Shown here: in pieces, positions 23,664-37,400 of the stretch
How positions within the stretch are numbered: position 1 is the first letter of the stretch
Layout: every line of letters starts with the position of its first letter
DNA from: Ascidiella aspersa
Lineage: Eukaryota
Length of the DNA: 64,000 nt
Direction: 5' to 3'
Assembly (NCBI GenBank): GCA_963924565.1
Contig: OZ004609.1
Location: 37,262,001 to 37,326,000, forward strand
Position numbers and translations under genes: made by a program
The notes under the pieces: generated by a model
The model's database searches: none
Seen by the model: only the letters and a program-made list of their open reading frames with translations
What the model was told of the DNA's origin: nothing

Positions 23664-26600
23664 ACACTTCGACCCTTGAAAGCGGTCGGAAAATATTTCA
23701 GCCAGTTTTAAAGCATTAAAGTCACTTTATTGTTTGCTAAAAGTTTTCATAATGCTGGATTTACGACTGAGTTGTTTGTAATTCGTGAAGTTACGAATCG
23801 AGCGGCGATTATTCGTTTGTGGAGTCATAATAAGATTGTTGTTATATCTTATAATAGATGTTACGTAATTGTTCCAAATTAGAGAGCTATTGTGCAGTTT
23901 CCCAGAGTTCTAAGTTGCAAAATTAAATGCAAAACGTTTAAATTAAATATGAACGCTAATATTTCACTCTTTCAAAATTCAAGCGTGATATTCAAATTTT
24001 TAAAGCAAATATCTAACATTAAATTTGAGATCTTAGTTGCAAAATTTAATGCAAAATGTTCCAGTTTTTAATGCAAACCTAATATTAGCAAAACTTTAAT
24101 ATTAAAGGTTGCAATTTCATTCCGTTTATTGCTGAATTAAATGGATTCGCACATTTTACGAAATATCATCGTACCAAGAAACGAGAAGAAAATTCAAGCA
24201 AAATTCGGAAATGAAAACTGCCGAAAAAATTCATGGTACAAAGTGCAAAAAACAAAGAAATTGTAAAAAGCGAAAAAATTCACGAGATCCAATTGCAGCT
24301 GTTAACTGTGGTTTGATCTGCTGAAACAACAGTAGTACAAAAAAAAGAAAACATTTCGAAGAAATATGGATTTTTGAGTTAAACGATGATTTATAGTTAC
24401 TGAAAGCTTGTCTTGAAAATGAAACGCAATTATGTCGAGGATATTTAGTTAATTTGCCTAAATATTTTTTATTCGGCGTTTAGTGGAAAAATATGTATAA
24501 ATTTATCTTTAATTTTCGGAAAAATTCAGTAAAATAAAAAATCTAGGGCAAAAATTGAAAGAGATTACAATTCTATTCTTTGAGAAACCACCAACATTGG
24601 CAGCTAATTAGCTATTCAAACAAAATTAAACCTTAAAACAACTTTAAATCGCGCGTGAATTTGTTTTTTGTTATAGCTTACTTGAGTATTTTAATTTAAG
24701 CGCTAACGGAAAAATAAACATTACTTACTTACTATTACTTACTTAAACGACCGTAAATACTTCCAGTGAGAAAGATAAGTGCGACAAAAAATACAGGTGT
24801 ATATATAGTGCAATATATGAGGCTGTCCGGCCACAAACAATACTCTGTGCATATTGTGGCCGCGCGATGTAACTAACGATTGCTCTTCGCATTGTGAACT
24901 CTAGATTGATGCGTATAGAGAAAAACATATACGAGAAAGGAATTGAAGAAAAAAATAAGACTAAAAGAATAAGGCGAAGGCTGAATAATATCAAACGCAA
25001 TTTTATCGTTAAATCAACAAATATTGAATAAATTTGAAGGTTTTTTAATCCACTTAAGTCAGTTAAATATCAGTAACTCAGACATAACCTAGTAAAAATA
25101 TGTGCTAATTTAATAAAGTGCAACGCTACATTGCAATATCGTGCCACAAAATACAGTATTTCTCAGAAGTAGCTGGAATTCATGTAACTTGTCTCTTAAC
25201 TCCACCTTCTTCTTGCTAGCTTCGCTAAGCTTGCTATCACGTGACTCTATCATGTGAGTTGCTTGGGGATGACGTAATTACGGTTGTGACGTCACTTTAG
25301 ATCTGAAATTAAAAGAGAGCACGTGATATTTGTGGAGAATACTTTTTTGAAAAATATTAGCAAAATTAGTAAGCCAAAGTCACAAATAAATACATTTAAA
25401 AATGAGCCATCAAGTGAATTTATTAGGCACCTTTGGAAATAAAAAATCACAATTTTAAATGATTTTCATTATAAAAAATAGATAAAATAAAATGTAAATT
25501 TATAAGACAACTTTATTAATTAAACCGGGGTAGCTTAAAATAAACTTCGGACCTTAAGTAAAATAAAGAAACAAAAGTCACGCAATTAAGAGACGAAATT
25601 GCAAGAATTTTTTTTACTATTGAAATGGTGAAAGACCAGATAGCGCCAAAAACGTGATAATCCTATTTTGGTTTCGGCAAATAAAGCGACTTGGCATAGA
25701 AATGAATAACAAAGTGCAGCATTCACTTATTGCATTCTGCCGCTGCAATTAGCCACTTATTAGACTATAACGAGACGAATTTAAGCTAGTTTAAAGGCCA
25801 ACTAATGACGTTGTTGGCGCAAAGTTGCATGTAAATTACGCGTCTGCTAACAGTCTTATAAGGTAACAAGCCGGCACAATTAATGGCAATACGCCAGACG
25901 AGTCTAATCAGAGTCACAAAAGCTTTTAAACTTTCAACTGATGAGTAATAATAAACATTAAGTTGCATGTTTTCCTGTTTTCCGACGTTTCGGCAAAAGA
26001 TTAAGTTTATTTTTGTACTGATGATGACATCGCCTTCTGTCGAAAACTTACAAAACACAGTAATTGCAATTTGATTTATATCTCTATACATTTTATTAAA
26101 TTTTCTAAGCTTTAATAATCTTGCGAAGGCGAAAAATATGTCGATTTTATTGAATGTTATGGCTTTAAAACTTTTATTGAAGAAAAATTCAATTTCCAAA
26201 ATTAGGCGTTTTCTGTAAACGATTTCAGTTTTTCAAACGAGCGGCCAAATATTTGGGTGGTTTAGTGCGTGTTTCGGTACGTGTTTGTGATCAAACAATG
26301 CTCGTGTTTGTGACGTGACAATCATCACACCGCTGGCCGGGCGTCTGATATCCTATAGTGACGTCACAGTGGCGAGAGTGTGTTTTCACAATCGCATCCG
26401 GGACAATGTCGGATTGTTTGAACAAGGCGATAAAAAGTTGGTTTCGAGCCGCTTTTCGAACGTAAATCCGCCAAGGACTAGTTTGGCATTTTGACTGCGC
26501 TTTGTTCAACAAATCTTGTGTTCAGCGGCTGTTTATTTCCCAGTTTTCAAAACTACTTGGCTTCACAAAGATTAAGTGTAAAGTTTATACGTTATGTTAT

Positions 26601-29451
26601 TATTTATTTGAATGGTTAAGACTCTTTTAGTGTAAATTCACACTTTGAAGGTTATAAACACCTGTTTATGCTTTTTAAGGTGATCAATAAAGTATTTTAC
26701 TATTAAAAACGCAAATATTAATCGTTTGTGGGAATAAATTACGCACAAGAACACTTTTCCATCTTTTACCCTTACCCAAACTATGCTTATCGATAAACTT
26801 TTATGTTAATAATATAATTAAAATTGCCAGTTATTTTCAAAGCGACAAGTTGCGTTTAAACGCCCAATTTCAAATTTGACCAAGCTTTCAATTTTAAGTG
26901 TTCGCAGCTGAACAAACGTATTTCAGCAGAACCTTAAAACATTCGCGGAAAGCGTCAATTACGCCCACGTTTTTCAAACGCAAAACGCTCCACCAAAACA
27001 GACTACTTACGCAGTTTATAGTTCTTGTGGAGACTTTTGTTTATCCTTGCGCTTTTTCTCACGTAATTAGGCGCAGAGAACAGAATATTCGCGGCCAAAT
27101 CGACGACTTGACGTTAAGAAGCGTAAAGTGCGGATTAAAAACTGTTATTTGGCGATAATTTGAGAATTCGACATTTCTGGAATTTTCTCCCACTTGCCTT
27201 ATAATTATGCTTAAGCCCGTAACTGGGTTCTTGAAACTACTTAAAATCCTGTTGTTCGGTTGAAATGCTTGCGTGACATATATGTTTATTGCTATTCAGG
27301 AATTTGAAGCTGATATAAAGGTTTTCCTTATTTTTTCTCGCCTATTGACTGTTTTATAATTTCTAGTCACCTATGTTTGCGGTGCTCGAGTTAATCCACA
27401 TTGTTTCATTTGAACTTAAAAGACAATTTCAGTTTAAGACTCTAATAAATAATTTTATACTTAGACCATGTAAATATTTTTTTTTAATACGTAGTGGGTT
27501 GGTTCAAATTCTCCTGTGACACTTGCATTTACTGCCTAAACAAATCTTCGATGTTATCATTTGCATTCAAATTTCCGAAAGCTGTATATAACTTGGGTGT
27601 GGGTAAACTCAGTGTTTACTTTAGATTTTGCATTTAATCTTCAAACAATAAACAAAATATTTAGGTTATCGTGGGATCACTGAACTTTAAATTTAAATAT
27701 AATATTTAAATATAAGGCGGCTGATAATAATCTGTTGTTACGCGAAAATTGAGAATGTGACATTAGCCTTGTTACAATTTTAGGTGTGCCGATATATTAA
27801 GTTTTATTCAAAGCGCATTCAAAAATTAATTCGTTAGCTTAAATTCCCTAAATTGTACTGTTTAAAAACGGCAAAAAACGGCGCTTTTTCATAGGTTTCA
27901 CTTGTTTGCATTTCGAGAAACCTTTATTACACGTTTCATTCTACAAACTTCCGTGAAAAAAAGCAAAAATTAAAATGCACAATGACAAAAAGGAGGCAAA
28001 CTGCTCTAGGGCGATTAATTTAAGAATGTGACATTCTTGGAATTGCCACCCACCCTAATTGCAAGTTATAATTGTAATATTAAATAAACGTTTTACTTTT
28101 CCCAGGCGCAATATTGCTTGGTGCAAATTTCCATGGATAATAAACCCACATGCTGTGACTATTACTTAAACAATTTTGTGGATCTAAGATTACATTTAAA
28201 AAAATTCCGACGTTTTTTTTCATTGTGTTGAACTTCGGAACCGGGCGCACGTGAAATGAACTTTGACTAAAATTGCATCGGAAACTTCCTACACGTTATA
28301 AGTCATGTGATCGACAAACCATCACGTTCGCGAACTTTTGCCTTTTTTGTTCGGTTTCTGCTCCGCGCAACGCTCTAAGATGCCCATAGTTTAACCTTGG
28401 TGACGTAACAGTAGGCACGATTGTGAATGCAAAAATAACCTTGTTTGTTGGACATTGTAAACATTGTACGATTGTTGCAAGTGTGACGCAATAAATAGCT
28501 TGGCTTTCTCGAATATAGCGATTGTTGCATTGTCCGATTAAGGCATTTTATCAGTGGCATTTCAATCCGAGTTGATTCAGAGGACAAATCTTACACAATT
28601 TAACTGGGATTTAATAATTGCCTAGAGTTGTAATGTACGCATTTGCAAGCGGCATTTTAATCACGACGGTTGGGTTGTTATTGCATCATTAATGAGCGTA
28701 CAAAGCTAATTGATTTTCGAAACACGATTCTTGAATGGTGCAACCGGCGGTCAATTCAAAAGTAATTAAATTTCAATGGTTGTTCAAATTAATTTTTACC
28801 ACATATTGATGTTAAAATCCAAAATTGACCAAAATTTGATGCTTAGTGATTAACCACAAAATTCGCAGAATGTAGAAGACCCATTTGTAGATACCGAATT
28901 AATTGTTATAATTGTAATATTCGGTTAGCGTTAATTAACAAGTGGGTGGGATGTCTACGGGCAACTTGCGCGTACGCACACACAACATAACAATAGTCTA
29001 AGCAAACTAGTAACTCAGGTCAGACACCATTTTTAGATTTTTTAAATATATCGCCACTGAAAATAATAATCATGCAGTTGCGTCGTGTTCGTTATTAAAG
29101 GTTATTACCAAATAATTCATTGGTTATTTTGATAAAAACTTTACGTCTGGATCGTGTATAATCGAAACAAAGGAAAAAAAGGATAAAGCTTAAAACAACT
29201 TTTTATTTTAAACTTCCGAGTAATATAGTTATGTTTAAATCGCTAAAAATACTACCGGCGTTGAGGTTTTTAAACGGTGTATTTTTGTTTTGTGAGGTTC
29301 TAGGAATTATATTTGTTGATCCACGTGTTTTTTATAAATATTTTTGTTTTACGGGGTTTCAAACTGTTAGGGTTTTTGATTTTAATTGAACTTTTTTTAT
29401 ATATTTCAACAAAAAATACTAGATTTTAGGTTGAAAAACACTCACCTTTTA

Positions 29452-30156
29452 TCACGTGACCCGGTTCGCTTGATAAGAAACCGATTTTCCTGAAATCGTT
29501 GCAATTTCCGGAAGAAAGGCTTTGTTCTCGTAAGCTCCGTCGACGCTTTCCGCTTGAAGGAATGTCCGCTTTGTGACGTCACTATCGCCGACGCTCCGAT
29601 CGGCGACGAACGAGGTTCCGGAAACAGTTGCGACGGAATTGTTTTGGTTCGAATTCGAATTGTTTTCATTCAAATTCGCGTTTTCCCGCGCTTCCGAGGC
29701 CGAGATGGTTTGGCGGGAACTGGTGCTGCTCTGATTGGACGAGGAGCTGTAGCTTCGCAGCGGCTTGGCCAATGAGATGTCGCCGGATCCTGGAAGCGAC
29801 GATTCGTTCTCGAAGGCCAGGTTCGCGAAACCGGGGATTTTCCCGGTTTTTCTGCTGTCGGCCACTTCGTCCTTGGTGGCGCCCTTGTCAAGGTCATCGT
29901 CGACCACGTGTTCGTCCCAGCGTTTGACCTTGCGCTCAAGGGCAGGGATGGTGATCATGTGCCAGAGGAAAAGGAACATGACCCCGAAAAAGGTGCTTAC
30001 CCCTCCAACGTAACCCACGAAGTCGGCATAAGGGAAAGTCCCTGCAATGCCGGCTATCATGGGGGGAATGCCCGCCAGTAGGAATACGAACCCAACGATG
30101 TAGATTGGAATGCAACGACTGAAGTCGCCGCGACGTGTACAACAACAACAACCCAT
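29452..30156 (-). CDS. Gene 3: two-TM membrane protein, TMEM238-like N-terminal hairpin with long Ser/Asn-rich tail
   Basis: GC-rich 234-codon ORF with gccATGg context, MGCCCC start and two hydrophobic helices joined by ..PYADFVGYVGG... Splice acceptor ttcttcacAG| at 30214-30213 upstream of the ATG. Family assignment is by remembered resemblance only. Confidence 0.85.
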   Translation of the reverse strand: MGCCCCTRRGDFSRCIPIYIVGFVFLLAGIPPMIAGIAGTFPYADFVGYVGGVSTFFGVMFLFLWHMITIPALERKVKRWDEHVVDDDLDKGATKDEVADSRKTGKIPGFANLAFENESSLPGSGDISLAKPLRSYSSSSNQSSTSSRQTISASEARENANLNENNSNSNQNNSVATVSGTSFVADRSVGDSDVTKRTFLQAESVDGAYENKAFLPEIATISGKSVSYQANRVT

Positions 30157-33100
30157 GGCTCGCGCGCTCTTTGTTCAAGGTGATTGTTACGTAATAGGCC
30201 CTAGGCGGCAACCTGTGAAGAAATATAACAAGGTATGTTAAGAAAGGCGGCCTTAATGCGACAATTTAAGCACAGCAGGGCAACTTTGGTAAAGTTTAAA
30301 AAAATTACCGTTTTTTAGTGCAAAGTTGTTTAACAAATTAGCTGAATGATAAACAAAAACGTTTACTAATATTATAACTGCTAGCTTACTTGATAAGAAT
30401 AGATATCAAAATGCTCTGCAAAGCACTTTTAAACACCTGCCTAACCCATATTATGAAAAACACAAAACATTGTTTAAGCAATAGTCGATGGCGAATACAT
30501 GCAACGCTTTAAATTCCATACAACGCCTAAAACAGCTAAAAACACGAGTTCAGTGTGGGTATTACCACGTTGTTAGCGCATAAGCCTAATTTAACCTAAA
30601 ATAACCGGATCGGCCGAGTTTTAATAAAAACAGCCGCCTTTTTCTCGCGCTATCTCTCGTTGTCTTTTTTCTGGCACCACTCTCGCCCTAGGCAGAACAC
30701 AATTTTCCCCGACATGGAAAAGCCTGGTCTGCAACTGTGCGTGTGGATGACGTCAATTATTTGGAACACTGGTACAAAAGAAGTATGGTACATGTATATA
30801 AAGCTTTGAATGAAACCACTTAACCTAGGGATACTGGAATTTCCCAAAACCCTTTCCACTTTTTGGAATAAAGGACAACAAACCATTTCACATTTTTTTA
30901 AAAAAACAGTAAAATATTAGCAGGCTGGCAGAGTCTTGTCAGCCTTCTGGTGACAAGCATTTTAGACTCAAATTTTTCTTTTTCTATCTCGTACCTGAAG
31001 ATAAATGTTGTGACTACTCAACGAATATATAAAACTTGCCATGTTTGGGCGATAAACAAGCATTTCACAAGGAAACTAGGATCGAAGAGTTCCGCTGAAA
31101 AAAGTTTAAAAAAATTTAACTAAAATATTTCTTTGCACCAATTTAAGTTTCCTGCCTAATTCTTCGGCCGACATAGTCGCCAAGTCTCCAGCATTCTGCC
31201 ATATTGCATATCACTCCAACATTTCTATACAAACTACTAAATAATTTATCGCCAACCCAAAGCAAAAACAGCGAATATAATTTATTAGCCGGTGGTTTTA
31301 AAATGTGTCTTTAAAACTCTTTAAATACCTCACGGACCCCAAATTTATAAACACCTGGTCTGTGCTTTGTCATGTTATTTCCATTAGGGGTTTTCATTTA
31401 TCACCAACGCCAGTTTAAATGTCACCTCCATAGCAGGATTAAGCATTAGGGGAGTTTGATCTCATAATGACTTGCAAAGTAGCCTCAAATATTTTCATAA
31501 ACTTTCCAAACTGAACCTACCAACTATGTTTGATTGGATTTAAACGTGCGATGTTTATATGCAAAAACGTGAGCTGTGTGGAATGTTGTACAGACGATTT
31601 ACATTTCCTGAAAGACCCGAAACTCACCAAAGGTTTTTCTCAGTAATCTACATAATTATGATGCACCAAGTTTCCAAACGTGTGAAGATTTTAAACGATT
31701 TCGTAGAAATTCGTGGATATTTACCAAGGTCTCATGCAGATATTCTTAAAGGTTTAGCCACATGAAAGAGATTCGAATATTGCTCGGTATAACGTCATTT
31801 CTAGTCTAATTTTGAAAGGCGATATGTACGGTAAATTTAGCCTGAATAGATCTCTTCAAAGAGAAACCAACGAAAAACCGAAAAAAAAGAAAGCGGAAAA
31901 AATTCATATATATAGATGCAGTTTGGTCTATAATTCGCAGATTGCGCGGCCATTCTGCCTCTTTTTTTACCTGTTTACGAATTTGTGTCATTGTATTTTT
32001 TATCGCGATTTTTTTTATGTCGCTGTCATCGTTTCGATATTTTTTTCTTTAGATTGCAGATTTGCGCGGCCATTTTGCCTCGGAGAGATGACAAAGTAAC
32101 AACTCACAAGGCGCAGTTTAACGCTTGACTGGTCGGAAGCATAGGGTTCAGGTATCCGATTGTTTTGAAATATTTCTTTATTAACATTTTATTCTTATTC
32201 CCAATTTTAAGAGACATCCACTCCAGTATTGTAAGTTTTTTTATTTTTTTTTATCACGAAAGTTCCTAAAAATCAGTTCTTTTTGTACAAACCAGAACAA
32301 CTTATTTTTAGTATACTATGCCTGGTAGCAACAGCATATTTATCACAATTCTTTAATTTACTTATTCTACCGATGCATTCAAATAAATTCCTAAAGCAAG
32401 TCTACATTATGCACGGATCTGTAATGTAGCTTTATAATAAATTGCAAAGCCTAAAAGGTCGAGATTGATGATACAAGCTCGTATCGAAAACGTCCTAATC
32501 AAGATGATGCCGATCTACTTGACCTTTTGGCTTTGCAATTTATTATCAAGTCTACATTAATTGCAAGTTTTAACCTGACGATGAACACGGACAAGAAAAA
32601 ACGAACTAAACGATGCTACTTTGACTTGTAATCGACTCTATTTCTTGCTTTAAAATAGATAAATATATGCGATTAAAAACAAGTACATTTTAAGTATAAA
32701 ATGGATTTGTAGATTATATTTTTGCCATCATAGACCTTTCAGTATATTTGATTTAAGTGAACTTGAGCTATCAATTTATCATTTACTTGTCGCTTGTCGC
32801 AATGTATTTATTGTTGGGAATTTTTCAGTTTTTTAAAAACCAAGATACGTTTACAGTTGCGTTCCTTTTTAACGAAAACTAAAAAGTTTAAGTTAAGGCG
32901 TCTCGACGCGAAAGCATATTTTTGATTCAATTTATTTATTTATTAAAGTTAATTATCAAAAGTCAGTCGATTTTATTAAAAAAGGCCAAACAAGTGATTG
33001 GGTTCTTGTATTTGAAGAAACGTTTGCAGAAAGCATTGACGCTACAGCAAAACGCATTAGGTCAACGTATGCATCTATTTCTGGGTAAAGTCAGACAGCA

Positions 33101-33489
33101 AGTGATTTCTTGGAAGCAGCGATCATCGTTTAAGGCTAATCGCTGTTGTGGTGGTGGTCGTGACCAAATATGCGAGAGACTTTCAACATAATTCAAATAA
33201 CTTTCCGGAGATGAGTGAAAGATGTCGCAACGATCATGTGCAATGTGCAAAACTTTTCCAAATCGAAATGACGCAATTAAATAATTATTGTCGTCATATG
33301 GTTTTTGAAACGCTACTCTTCAACGGGGGGTAAACTTATAGGTTTTTTTTAGGTCAGTTTCGAACTTGACATGACCCTGTGTTAAATCAGTTTGCAGCAA
33401 AAATCCAACATAATATTATCAAGCACACCAGAAGCCTTCGACGGATTAACCGAATGTGCCGATCAATAATGCAAGCAAGGAAGGTTAGA

Positions 33490-33997
33490 AAACAACTAGC
33501 CTGCGGTGAGGTTCGAACTCGTGACCTCAAACCGTGATTTTTTAGCGAGTTTACGAGGTTCTTACCGTCAAATACAGCGGATGACTTTGGAACGGCATCA
33601 GTTTGCCTAATCAGGATTTTCATTCAAGCACGAAACGGCGAAGACAACAAGCCTGTGGTGAGATTCGAACTCACGACCTCCGGCCATACCGGGAACGACG
33701 CTCTACCAACTGAGCTACACAGGCTCAGACGGGAGCAAGTCGAGAAACAACCATAGCACCGTTGCCTGCTGCATCCTGTTCATAAGCATACACCCTGTTC
33801 GTAAAAACTAGCGTGTGGTGAGGTTCGAACTCACGACCTCCGGCCATACCGGGACCATTCGCTCTACCAACTGAGCTACACAGGCTCAGACGGGAGCAAG
33901 TCGAGAAACAACCATAGCACCGTTGCCTGCTGCACCCTGTTCGTAAAACTAGCCCGTGGTGAGATTCAAACTCACGACCTCGGCCATACCGGGACCG
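33490..33997 (-). repeat. Tandem array of tRNA-derived units with a conserved spacer
   Basis: Copies at 33651-33724 and 33811-33885, partial copies at about 33952-33997 and 33499-33528. Spacer cagacgggagcaagtcgagaaacaaccatagcaccgttgcctgctgca occurs twice. Confidence 0.85.
33651..33724 (-). pseudogene. tRNA-like unit (tRNA-derived SINE head or pseudo-tRNA), best-preserved copy
   Basis: GCCTGTG/CACAGGC acceptor stem, GCTC/GAGC D stem, GTGAG-TTCGAAT-CTCAC T arm, A and B boxes. The anticodon arm is non-canonical (19 nt, no 5+7+5 fold). Confidence 0.65.
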
Positions 33998-34082
33998 TTG
34001 GAATAAAACACAGGTCGGAATAAGACCAAAATAGGAAATATTTTTAATATATTTGCAACAAAACACTAAACGCTTAGGAAAG

Positions 34083-34425
34083 TCCGATATTTTGACATAA
34101 AGTATCGCGATCTGATACCATATGACGTCATTGCTATAGTCAAGCGAGCAAAAGAGATAAATTTGAAATGTTTGAAAGCAATTTTTTCCAGGCTATTAGG
34201 CAAAAAATTGCATGTGCGTTAGAGAGTTTAGTATCCTCAATTTGTGGACTTACATTTTTTCAACAAATTTACCTTTGAATTTAGAATTGTTAGTATGGAT
34301 CGCAAACTATTGCTGAAACTTCTATTTTAATATGGCGGATCGGCACTGATACCACCCTATTATCGAACGATACTACAACTCGGTATCAGGTATCGGCTCC
34401 GATCCGATATTATCGCGCATTACTA
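34083..34425. mobile_element. CCGATA-rich repeat family E (non-autonomous DNA transposon-like)
   Basis: Motifs atcgcgatccgat..atgacgtcatt and ggatcggcaccgat..caccct..atcgg..ccgatccgatattatcg. Also at about 19115-19200, 35395-35485, 51945-52035, 52790-52970, 56450-56550, 63677-63710. Confidence 0.75.
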
Positions 34426-37400
34426 GTTATAACCTGCGCTAATTCTTCAAAATAAATTCTTATTAAAGATATAAATGCAAAACTAGCAAAATACGTGGTT
34501 AAATGCTCTGCCACTATTCAGCTACCAACTGGTGTTGTGCAAATGCTTTTGGGCAGGAAAGCTATTAATACATCCGAAGGCAATTATTCGTCATTGCATG
34601 ACGATTTTTTGCGACAACACTGAGCTAAAGCTTGCAATACGCATTAATTCTGGCTGACTGTTGTTTTTCTTTCGCTAAAATCACAAACGTTATGCTTCTT
34701 TTTCGAATACTGGTAAAGATCAATGCTTTTGAGTTATAGGTTTCTTCGTGGTATATAACAATTACAAGTAACACTCTAAAGCCACGTGACAAATCGATTA
34801 CATGCAAAATAAACAAAGCCAAAAAAACGGACTATCTAAAGCAGCGTGTTAAAAACAATCGTAAGGCCGCAAAGATAAGATTTTGACAAAATCTGTAACA
34901 GAGAGCTTCCAAATGCCAACCAATTTAAAACCGTTATTTTCAATACAAATGTATAGCGAGTTTGCAAACTTGGTAACTTTGTTACAGTAAGAAAACGTAC
35001 AAACAGGAGTTTCCTAAAATAATCTTCCAAAATTGCCATGTAATAAGACATTTAGGCTAATAATATTTAAAACTCAAATGAAATAGGAGACAGCACATGC
35101 CGCCCTGGTGGTAATGAGATATGGTGCTGTTTACCTTATCATACAACAGCTGTCTAAAGCGCTAGAGATTTAAAAGTAAGACAGCCAGCTAACTCTATAA
35201 TTTATCGCGTCCGCGTCGCAGGTAATAAGCAGGTGTAATGCATTATTGATGCGCTGGCGAAGCGCTAAGAAACAAAGACAGCCTATGACTTGAGTATGTT
35301 AATTGCGTCCAGCAACAAATTTAAACCGCGTTACTGCTATTGCTGAAAACACGCCTCCGCACAATTCATCATCTGTAAAAAACACGTAGGTGCGATAATA
35401 TCGGATCAGAGCCGATACCAGATGTCAAGCTGTAATATCGCTACTCGTCCGATACTAGGGTGGTATCGGTGTTGATCCGATACCAAATAATGTGGGGATT
35501 TTATCTGTGAATTGCGATCTTGAGTAATTTCTTGAAAGGTAAATCTACCATAAATACCATTGCGCCTTTCCACAAACATTGGCCGAACTACTTCAGACAC
35601 TTCTAACATCACTTATGTCCTGTAATAGGTAATTTGTGTATGACGTCATGTGATGACGTAAATAATTTAACATTACTCCACCAAAACCATTGCGCCTTTC
35701 TACAAACTATTGGTAGTAAACCGTTTAATTTGTCAATTTCAAATCAACATTTTGTTTTACTGCATTGAACGTTCACAATCTAAATCAACCTTCCTGACTC
35801 TGCGCAGCTAACCTAACAACAGCACGAAAACAGCTGCGATAATTTGTCGAAAACGCCAGACGAGACAAAGTTTGTTTGCTGGTTTAGGAAGCGTTTAATC
35901 AGCTATGACGTACACGAGATGCTGGTTTGTACCGAGGGCGCGGTTCGCTAAAGTCGCAATTAACGATGGTGTTTAAAGGCGCTAAACGCAGCGGCATTGT
36001 AAGCGCCGTAACCTTGACCTGTTTGTTTGGTCATGACGTTTGTATCGCACAATATTGGGGTTTTGAGAAAGGAATTAAATTAGTTTTGCCAGGTTTTTAA
36101 GACTATGTTCGCTAAACGCTTAGAAATTTTATTAAAGACCACACTCTATTTCATCTGAGTATGTAAAAATAACCTTAGCTTGTAACAATCTTTGTAAATG
36201 GCGGTATTTGTCAAAATTTAAAGGGTTATCAGGTGGCACTATATAAAAACAAATTGTATTAAATTCTCGACAAGGTTTCGCACAACCGTGCTTCATCAGA
36301 ATCGATATAATAAAACTTTGTGGTTGGGGAGATAGGTCTTAGTTTAAGTCCGTTTGAACTTTGCTACTATTTTTAGGTTTATAGGCTTGGTTTAGCGAAG
36401 CGGAATTCCATCACGTGGTAAGAAGCCACGATTTCACAATAAACGCCAATCACGTGTAAAGTGGTTTTGCCACGTTACTTGCTCGCATATTTGGGGTTGG
36501 GGACGTCAACTTAAATCAATTTAGACCGCTTGACTATTTACATTAAGACGTCATTTCAAACTGGGCTACTTTAAAAGGATAACTTTTAAATCCATATACT
36601 ACACATTAGGCAAAGCTGAAATCCGTTTAAAAAACAGAAAATACCTCGAAAAGCTTGCACTTAGAAAAACATTTTCTTACAGCAGTAATATTGAGCTTGT
36701 CAGTTAAGGCTACGAATTTTTATACATATCAAACTACTGTCAACATTATAACAGCAACAATAGTTATTAAGTAAAACAGTATAGCAAAAGAGATACTGTT
36801 TTGCAACCATTCGAAGTCATTGTCGTCATTAACGTGCATTAAGACGAGGAGATATCTTCATTTTTACATATTAAGTTTGCACTAGTTTTAAGTATGTTTA
36901 AATCCAGTACCTAAACATTATCCAATATTAGGGCTTCAATTTAAGTCTGAAGCAAATGCCTATTTTCTGTTTCTTAGTTACAGTTGTATTTGAATTAGCC
37001 TACATCATGATAAACCTAACGATGTTGGGGTTCGGTAATGTTGGACTTTTAATCCAAAATAGTTGAATTAAAAGTAACAAAAATAACTTAATAAGTCCAT
37101 ATATCCAGTGTTTTTTAAAGAACCGAAACGATCTCACGAAAATTCTCAAAATATAACGTAACTGCGTAACTACAGAAGTTTGAGCAACCATACTAAGTTT
37201 TACACGCTGATATATGAATGTTTAGGTATCTTAAAATTTTACAACGGTCGTCAAATTCAAACTTAAAAAACCTACTGACATCAACATATATTGACATTTT
37301 TAGCATTACAGAAAACTCAAAGCTTTCTAAAGATCAGGAGCTTTACACAGACTTCTTCTAACAAGCTTAATCCCACACAGAACGCGGGGGCTGTAACTTA

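Noticed and set aside
29554-30211. Multiple overlapping ORFs over gene 3
   Set aside because: By-products of GC-rich coding sequence. Only the 234-aa frame has TM segments and coherent motifs.
33651-33885. Functional tRNA genes
   Set aside because: The anticodon arm cannot form a 5-bp stem with a 7-nt loop, so no anticodon can be assigned.
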